64,000 nucleotides of DNA, from contig OX597828.1 of the NCBI GenBank assembly GCA_951406725.2, positions 63,860,001 to 63,924,000 of the forward strand. Reading direction: 5' to 3'. Shown here piece after piece: positions 55,620 to 64,000 of this stretch. Each line of letters starts with the position of its first letter. The stretch's first letter is position 1. The notes beneath the pieces were generated by a model. The model did not search any database and was not told the DNA's origin. It worked only from the letters and a program-made list of their open reading frames with translations. The position numbers and the translations under genes were made by a program. The stretch is from Octopus vulgaris. Lineage: Eukaryota.

Positions 55620-56369
55620 AAAAATAAATATGTATGATGCATTATACGTGCTAATCTTCTACTGGAGTCGATTCTCGTCTGAAGAGGGAGAAACGACCAA
55701 ATAGGTTTCTATTTATCAACCCATAAACGATGAGAGACAAAAGTGAGCTTACTGGGATTTGAAATGAGAGAGCAGAGAACTGCAATGATTACAACAAAGC
55801 AATCGATCCGGCGTGTGTGTATTTATGTATGTATCTATGTGTGTGGGTGTGGTGGGACGAGTTTTTGAATGCTTCGATCCGGAGATTAGACGCATGAGGC
55901 GAAAGCTTTTTTGGTATACTTTGGTGTCAGGTTTCCCAAAGACATCTTGAGGCGAGAAGCGTAAATTAACCGTTTAAGTTGTGGCCAGTTGCTTCTGCAA
56001 GAACAAGCGATACGATTGGAGGAAATAAAAGAACCAAACAAGTTGTTGATGTTTGCTGTTGGTAAGCAATTAGCGAGCAGAACGATTAGCAAAGCCATTG
56101 CAACTCTGACCATCCCGCTATTCTCCCCTCCCCACTCGCAGGAAACTTAGTTCCATCATTACATAAACGTGTGCATTATATACACATATACATATATATA
56201 TATATGTTACACACACACAAGCTCCAAACCTATTCCAACGAGACTGGTGTTGGCCTGCGTCAGCAAGACTTGTAAGATTTAGTTAAATCGGCAGAAAGAG
56301 TGGAGTGAACTTGCTGTGAGATGTGGAAAAGTCCGATGTCTCGGAGAAAAATTATTGAACCAGTTTTTT

Positions 56370-56690
56370 ATTTCATTTGAATGCATAATTTTTCGTGTGT
56401 CGATGGCGGCGGAGTTGGCGTCCACGCTCAAACACCTGCACCTGTTTGCTTCTCCCCCTTCTTCCCTCCCTCGTGAAGCTGTAGGGAAGGGAGTTTAAGG
56501 AAATCAACGTCGTAATGCGTTGTCAAGGAGACCAGCGTTCTTTTAGAACAACGACTTCATGGCTTGAAGACACCAAAACAGAAATGGCTAAGAAAGCCCG
56601 AATTGGCATCTATAAGGGAAGTAACTCTCTAAAAATGCTTATATAGTTATTTCCCTTACAAACCCGAGCAACGCCGGGCGATACTGCTAG
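56370..56690 (+). mobile_element. Helitron 3' terminal fragment
   Basis: GC-rich hairpin cccgagcaacgccggg (56663-56678), then CTAG (56687-56690) followed by T. Confidence 0.7.
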
Positions 56691-57235
56691 TACATATATA
56701 TATATATGTTACACACACACAAGCTCCAAACCTATTCCAACGAGACTGGTGTTGGCCTGCGTCAGCAAGACTTGTAAGATTTAGTTAAATCGGCAGAAAG
56801 AGTGGAGTGAACTTGCTATGAGGTGTGGAAAAGTCCGATGTCTCGGAGAAAAATTATTGAACCAGTTTTTTTTTTTGTTCTGGGGTGATAAAAAGATGCG
56901 GTATAGTATTATTTTCTCTTTTCTCATTTTTTTTTCCCGATGAAGGTAATCTGTCCAAAACGTTCGATTTTCCACTCGCCATGGTAAGTTTACTGTCCTC
57001 TTTCTGTTTTTTTTTTCACTATGTATGTAGGAATATATATTTGTGTGTGTGTATATATGTACATAAGAAACCGCAAAAGTTGATAAAGGAAAGAATGAAA
57101 TGAAAAGAAAATGAATAGAAGCATTGCAACAAGGATTAAATAAAATAAATGGAAGCGATGCGTATATATATATATATAGAATATATGAGCATGAATGTGT
57201 GTGTGTGTATGTGTCTGTATTCTTATATGACTCAC

Positions 57236-57247
57236 CAGCTTTCGATG
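57236..57247 (-). CDS. Putative 12-nt microexon (phase 1; adds A-S-K-A)
   Basis: catctctcttgcag|CATCGAAAGCTG|gtgagtc. Confidence 0.7.
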
Positions 57248-57386
57248 CTGCAAGAGAGATGTAGGAACAAAATGTGAAACATATAAAGAAAATTTCAAAC
57301 GAGCTTTGAATTGGAATATACTGTCTATATTGTGTGTATGTATGTATGTGCATATATATATATATATATATATATTTTATGTGTGC

Positions 57387-57459
<73 letters not shown>

Positions 57460-57629
57460 CATATACATATATATATATATATGTATATAATAAATATGTA
57501 CATATAAGTATATGTATATATATGGTATATGTACTGTATATATAACAATATGAACAAGAATGGAGAAAATCCCATCTTTGATGGTTGCACGATACATTAC
57601 CGACAATCGTTTAAATGCAAAACCTCTAC

Positions 57630-57730
<101 letters not shown>

Positions 57731-58852
57731 CAGATAACAATGTTTTCATATAGTTTATGATTTTTCTCTTCCAGTTATCATCATGGCTTGGATTGGTGTG
57801 GGGTTTAGTCTCGAAACGCATACAAGAATGGCGAATGTGAAGTTTTTGCTGCACTCTCTCTCTATGCACTAACATACACACACCTTAGTGTCCAGACATG
57901 CTTAAGTATTACTTCCAGCTTCCATCATTATTTGATTCAGTATGTAATAAAACGAACACAATATGTTACGTTTTCTGTTATTCACGAAAAAACGCTGCAG
58001 AAGGAAACTGTTCACGTGACTTCAGTTACTGAAGACGAGACTTAGCTAGAGTGTTGCAAATCTGTGGTAGATGTCATTTACCGTTGGAAAATCGAATGAA
58101 GATTTGGCAGTAATCTTTATCGTCGTTATCATCGTCATCTTTCTTAATATTATTTCATAAAGACATCATTTATATATATTGAAATGCATAGATAACGAGT
58201 GAAAATAACATTAATATCAAAATAATTATAATGATATAAACATAATGAAATAAAGACGAAATCAATGTTGGAGTTACATGTATTGTAAAAGATACAACAA
58301 AGATATAACTAACAGATGTGATAGAGATAATCAAAAATATTTGATAAGAATAATGAGAAGGAAAGCAATACGGTGTTTATAGCAACAGGAAGCAGAAATT
58401 GGAAAAGAATAAAAGGAACAGTAGAAATTGGTAAATAAAATGGTAATAGAAAAGAATGAAAGGAAATTAAGTTGGAACAATGCGAGAATGTAAAGAACGT
58501 GATTAGAAGCAATGAGTATTGGCGAGAGATAAATAGATAGAAAGAAATAGGCAGGCAGACTGATAGAGAGAAACGATGAAGGAGAGAGAAAGTGGCGAGA
58601 AAGAAGAAAGAGACATAGAATGAGAAAGGTATAAAGAGAGAGAGAGAGAGAGAAGAGATATATATATATATAAGAGAGAGAGAGAGAGAGAGAGAAAGAT
58701 ATATATATATAAAGAGAGAGAGAGAGAGAGAGAAAGAAATATATATATATAAAGAGAGAGAGAGAGAGAGAAAGATATATATATATATAAAGAGAGAGAG
58801 AGAGATATATATATATATAAAGAGAGAGAGAGAGAGAGAGAGAGAGGCTAAC

Positions 58853-58864
58853 CAACTTGTGATG
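58853..58864 (-). pseudogene. Decayed microexon paralog (acceptor CAG missing, donor gttagc); second copy at 59031-59042
   Basis: ttattgcttt|CATCACAAGTTG|gttagc is 9/12 identical to the 57236 exon, and the flanking intron is homologous. Confidence 0.55.
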
Positions 58865-58960
58865 AAAGCAATAATGCAAATGAGATAAGGAAATATTTAC
58901 AATGAGAGAGAGAAAGATATATATATATATAAAGAGAGAGAGAGAGAGAGAGAGAGAAAG

Positions 58961-59025
<65 letters not shown>

Positions 59026-59537
59026 CTAACCAACTTGTGATGAAAGCAATAATGCAAATGAGATAAGGAAATATCTACAATGTTTCCAAGAAAGCCTGGA
59101 GTTGAAGAATATTTTCTTCACGTTTCGCACACACACACACACGTAGACACACACACACACACACATACGCACGCACGCATACATATATATCGTGTGATAT
59201 ATTTTTTGATAAAAAGGTGCAAAAACGAATGTAAGTTTCAAGCCTAATAAAGCATACTGCATAATTAAAGAGGACTCGAAGAGATTAGGCGTGCATTATA
59301 GTTCTTAGAATAACGGTGAGGTTCAGAATTTGGAATTTAGGCCAGAAAAATTTTATGTAAACAGAGCAAAATACCTGTACTACATATTACTTTGCCTGAG
59401 TACGCACACACGTATGTATATATGTATACGTTATTGTTCATTATAATTTAAGGCAACTACAAATGATTGTATAATTTGTTATATGATTTATGTGACGTAA
59501 AGAAGCTCGTTTGCTTGTATTGTTATTAATATATGCT

Positions 59538-59873
59538 GAGACTCCCTTCGGTCATAAATGACCATGGGATCGCACCTTGAAAGTTACCCTCCGAGGTACA
59601 AGTCCGAGCGAGCTTGTTTATGGAAGACCAGCAGTCGCCCATGCATACCGGCCTCGCCTCTCCACGCTACCAGTGTTATCCAAGGGAAAGGCAAAGGAGC
59701 CGATACAGCTTGGCACCTGTGATGATGTCGCAACTCATTTCTACAGCTGAGTGAACTGGAGCAACATGAAGTAAAGTGTCTTGCTCAAGAACACAACACG
59801 TAACCCGGTCCACGATTCGAACTCACAATCTCACGATCGTAAGCTCGACGCTCTAACCACTGAGCCATGCGCC

Positions 59874-59876
<3 letters not shown>
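59538..59876 (-). mobile_element. tRNA-derived SINE (family 2)
   Basis: Closely similar to 20478-20808. Confidence 0.88.
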
Positions 59877-59908
<32 letters not shown>

Positions 59909-60624
59909 GTATTACATATGATAATTTACTAGTTAGCCTTAGATGTTTCTCTTAAGGCCCAGTTAGGCAGCAGATTGAGTGTAGTAATTTCTCCAAGATA
60001 ATTTGTTTGTCATACATAATCTGTCGTTGGTATTCTACCTAAACTATCTCCACGAATTATTATCCTCCTCACCGTCACATGTAAGACATCAACATTTATT
60101 TTTTACTATTATTTGTTAAAAGAACTGTTAATTCTTGTTATTAAACTTAAACCCTTTGGGCTTGAGATTATAACGAAATAAATTATGGAATATAATTGCA
60201 ATAACTTTGAAAATGCAAATAATATTAACTAATTATTATAATAATAGTAACAATGATGGCAAATATGATCATAGTAATCATTATAATTGCTATTATTAAT
60301 ATTATTATAAGCATAATGAAAATGAATAGGTAAGCGGAAGTAAGTATTGGAGTTATGTGTATTTCAGTCGGGGGAGTGATGTATTATATGGCAAAATTAA
60401 GGAGCGAAAGATCAGTGTTTTGCAGCACGAAACAGAGATGTAAGTGTATAGCCATCCTTATTTGATATATTAAATGAACGAAGAGAGGGTGACGAGAAGC
60501 GATGCGAGAACGGAAAGTAAATGAATGAAAGCAATGCCAGGATTTGAAGAAAATTGATGGAAGTAAAACAAAGAATGAATGAATTTTAAATGATATAAGT
60601 AAAGAACATGGAAGTTATATATAT

Positions 60625-60661
<37 letters not shown>

Positions 60662-60771
60662 AGGAGAGAGAGAGAGTGAGAGTGAGAGAGAGAGGCAGAG
60701 ATTGTGTGAGACAGTAAGATAAAGATATATATAGAAATAGAGTGAGTGACAGAGAGGGAAATTAGACTCAC

Positions 60772-60783
60772 CAATTCGATATG
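60772..60783 (-). CDS. Putative 12-nt microexon (phase 1; adds A-Y-R-I)
   Basis: ctatattttttgcag|CATATCGAATTG|gtgagtc. Confidence 0.7.
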
Positions 60784-61698
60784 CTGCAAAAAATATAGTG
60801 CAGAAGATATAAAATGTTTACGATGTTTTTAGGTGAACTAACAATTGAAATATACTGTTTTCGTGTTCCGTAGAATATATTTTCAAAGTTTTCGTTGCCA
60901 ATTAAAATGTATGACTCTAACTCGGATTCTTCCAGCATTTTTCAATGGCAGACATTTCTGAATGTGTTGTGTGAATTTTAGATAGCATCGTGTGAAAAAA
61001 AAAAAAAAAAGCATTCGATACGAATGGATAGAGTAATGTATAGGCATAAGATAATGCAAACCACGGATCATCCATCGTGGTTGCTATCAGAATCCCTCCA
61101 AAAACTAAATATCGTTTGACGAAATCATTTATTCAATTACATCCTAGAAAATAAATGATTTGTCCCAGACTGTGATTTATAAGATGGTAATTAGGTTGAT
61201 TAATCGACCTTCTCTACATATATGATTATGGTTAAAATTTATACGTAACCAGGGTGTAAGGACTATAATACGAGTATGTATGCAACACATATGTGTATAC
61301 ATAATATATGTATATACATATATGTAAACACACGTATTATAAATTCTATTATTAAAATTATTGTAATCATATGAAGGTATAAATTAGAATGAAAGTAATA
61401 AATTAGAAAAATATTGACACTGCAGTTATAATAAACGAGCGGTTTGGTTTGAATATTTGAATGTATTTTAATATGGGCTACAAGAGTATTGCAGGATTTG
61501 TTGTTTGCAGTACAGAACAGATGCAAAAGTAAAGAACCATTAAAAATTGGTAAAAAAAAAGAAAAAAAAATTAAATGGAAGGAATGCGAGAATGGATAGA
61601 AAGATGAATGGAAGTTCTGTAAGAATTGGAAGTGACTGAATTGAAACAAATCAAGAATGAAAATGAATAAAAGGTATGTATGTGTATGCATATATACG

Positions 61699-61761
<63 letters not shown>

Positions 61762-61779
61762 AATATGTATATATATAGA

Positions 61780-62088
61780 CCTACCATAAAAGGCTAATAT
61801 TGGTAAAATGAGACATACTTATCTACATGGCCGAAACAGCTGTAAGATGTAATCTATACTTATATTTATATTTACTTATATTTATATTCTCTTTTATATG
61901 TATTCTACTTATTATACAACATTACTCTTTTATGTACACTTTTTTATGAACATTCCTTTATGTACACTGATTTGTTCTGCTTTTTTATGTTTAACCCTAC
62001 ACCTATGTGGTGGTTTAATAAAGTATGTGATTGAGTATTATCTGGTAATTGATATTTGATTTAGATGTATTTCTCCATTTTCTTTTGT

Positions 62089-62090
<2 letters not shown>
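61780..62090 (+). mobile_element. Penelope-type terminal repeat fragment between (TA)n tracts, with the 3' half of a hammerhead
   Basis: ggcc-GAAA-CAGCTG-TA (palindromic stem III) at about 61829-61844. (TA)n lies on both sides. Confidence 0.5.
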
Positions 62091-62147
<57 letters not shown>

Positions 62148-62207
62148 GTAAAGGGAAAGAAAGAGAGTGAGATAGTGATTAAGAGAGATAGGAAGAAAGA
62201 GACTCAC

Positions 62208-62219
62208 CAGGTCGAGGAG
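62208..62219 (-). CDS. Putative 12-nt microexon (phase 1; adds A-P-R-P)
   Basis: ctatatctttttcag|CTCCTCGACCTG|gtgagtc. Confidence 0.7.
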
Positions 62220-62760
62220 CTGAAAAAGATATAGCGAAGAAGATATGAAATATGTATGACATTTTCAAGTGAACTTTGAACTGGAATATGCTACATTTCT
62301 TAGAATTATATTTATATAGAGGCGAGTATACATTCCGAGTTTACGTATTTCATACCAAGAGAATGAGATACGTTTTCTGATGCTATAAAGCTTTCACATA
62401 CGACAGTTTGTGTGTTGGCTTTCACCAGCGAACAAGAGTTAATAAGGATCAGGTGGAACGTCCAGTAATCGCTCCAAAGTGGTTTATATGATCGATATAA
62501 CTGATCGTCGATGAATTATATCATCCTCAAATCTTTCACACTCTCATTGTGGTGTTATAACGATGATCAAGGTCATGATCTTCGAATATAAGAAATCAGT
62601 ATGTATTATTAATATTATTTCCTAAAGGATAACAATATCGTAATTTAACTTTTGGCTCAGAGATTAATTATACTGGAATACGTTACGGATGAGAATAATA
62701 ATAATAATAATAATAATAAGCATTATTATTATGAAAATCATTATAATTGTTTTGGGTTTT

Positions 62761-62960
62761 GGCACAAGGTCAACCATATTAAGGACAGGGGTTAGTTACG
62801 TCGGTCCAGTACACAACTGGTACTTTATTTTATGGACGCCGAAAGGATGAAAGGCAGAGTAGATCTCGGCAGAATTTGAGCGCAGAACGTAAAGAACCAG
62901 ATGAAATGCTATCAAGCATTTTGTACGACGCACTAAGGATTCTGCCTGTCCGTCGCCTTA
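62761..62960 (-). mobile_element. SINE of the 19717-20093 core family, in (TAA)n
   Basis: Core cgaaaggatgaaaggca...ctcggcagaatttga. Similar copies are at about 40575-40782, 46234-46430 and 49843-50120. Confidence 0.75.
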
Positions 62961-64000
62961 ATAATAACGGCAATAATAATAGTAATAATAATAATAACAG
63001 CAATTTGATAATAATAATACTAATTGTTGCTATTTTTATTATTAATATTTTAAACATATTTTAACATGGGAAATCGGATTATATAAATACATTGCATTAT
63101 ATCTTTAGTAATCGGGCGATTCGCTTTTAGCGATGCATCTTAATGCAAAAATACGAAGCGTTAAAGTAGCATGAAGGTTTGCAATATAGAACAGAGAGAG
63201 AAATAACGAACCTTAATAATTGGTGAATGAAAAGGAAGTAAATAGGAACGATGCAAGAAGGAAAAGTAAATGAATAGAAGCAAAGAAGCGAGATAAAGAT
63301 GTGTTGTTGGGAAATACTTTGTAGTAAGAGATATCGGCAATGTGAGACATTGTCGTTGAATGAAGAACAGACTGAGTTATAATAATAATAACAACAACAG
63401 CTGACACTATAGCATGATCGGCTTTCTTTATTCAGAATGCACTGTAACTGACGCAACGAAACACGTTTCCTGCTGCTCTATAACAATATCACACATGTCG
63501 TCAGTTTCTTTTCTGGTTTAAGTTCTTACGAGCAAGACTTAGCTGGAGCAACGCATTCTGATGAAATTACATCAAATTGGTTAGCGATTACATTTAAATA
63601 TATTATAGAAGATAATAATAATGATACAGTAATTATTATAGTAAAATTATTATCAGCATTGTTATTATTATTATTAATGGTAATAATAATAATAATAATA
63701 ATGATAATAATAATAATAGATAATAATATTTTAGAGGTAATGAAAACATTTATTAAAAATCTAAATATTGGAGGTGTATCTACAGTAAACAGGTAATATG
63801 TCTTCGAAGAATGCATACCAATGCAAAGAATAGTGATGCGAAAAGCAGTAATGAAGAATGCAGAAAGAAACAGAAACGAAATGTAAAGAAATGTAAAGAA
63901 TGGTAAACGAATACGAATGAAAAGAAATAGGAACAATGCAAGAATGAAAAGAAATAGGAACAATGCAAGAATGAAAAGTAAATGAATGAAAGCAAAGAAG

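Noticed and set aside
56936-56966. ccgatgaaggtaatctgtccaaaacgtt, hammerhead-like
   Set aside because: GAAA is mutated and stem I is absent; a relic at best.
63425-63560. Apparent terminal exon ECVAPAKSCS* with a downstream AATAAA
   Set aside because: Homologous blocks in the other units (58037, 59953, 56775) do not keep the frame or acceptor, so it is more likely intronic unit sequence.

Overview
This is AT-rich, microsatellite-saturated animal genomic DNA. The repeat landscape resembles an octopus or other coleoid cephalopod (inference). Almost all ORF-track entries are translations of simple repeats. The only clear host gene is the 3' end of a filamin on the minus strand, with two phase-1 exons encoding hinge 2 and the dimerising Ig repeat 24. 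The best discovery candidate lies upstream on the same strand, inside the presumed repeat-23/hinge-2 intron (57-62 kb). It is a tandem array of duplicated ~1.5-2 kb intronic units, each carrying a 12-nt phase-1 microexon (three intact, one decayed and itself duplicated) that would add 4-aa modules in frame. The rest is mobile DNA. This includes a near full-length and a 5'-truncated Tx1/L1-clade LINE both sitting in (TATC)n, an old relative in (TTA)n, and a composite SINE that shares the LINE 3' tail. There are also RLE-type (R4/Dong-like), CR1-like and Penelope remnants, several (TA)n-embedded Penelope-type termini carrying hammerhead ribozymes and inverted duplications, mariner-derived MITEs, a Helitron 3' end and many tRNA-derived SINEs.
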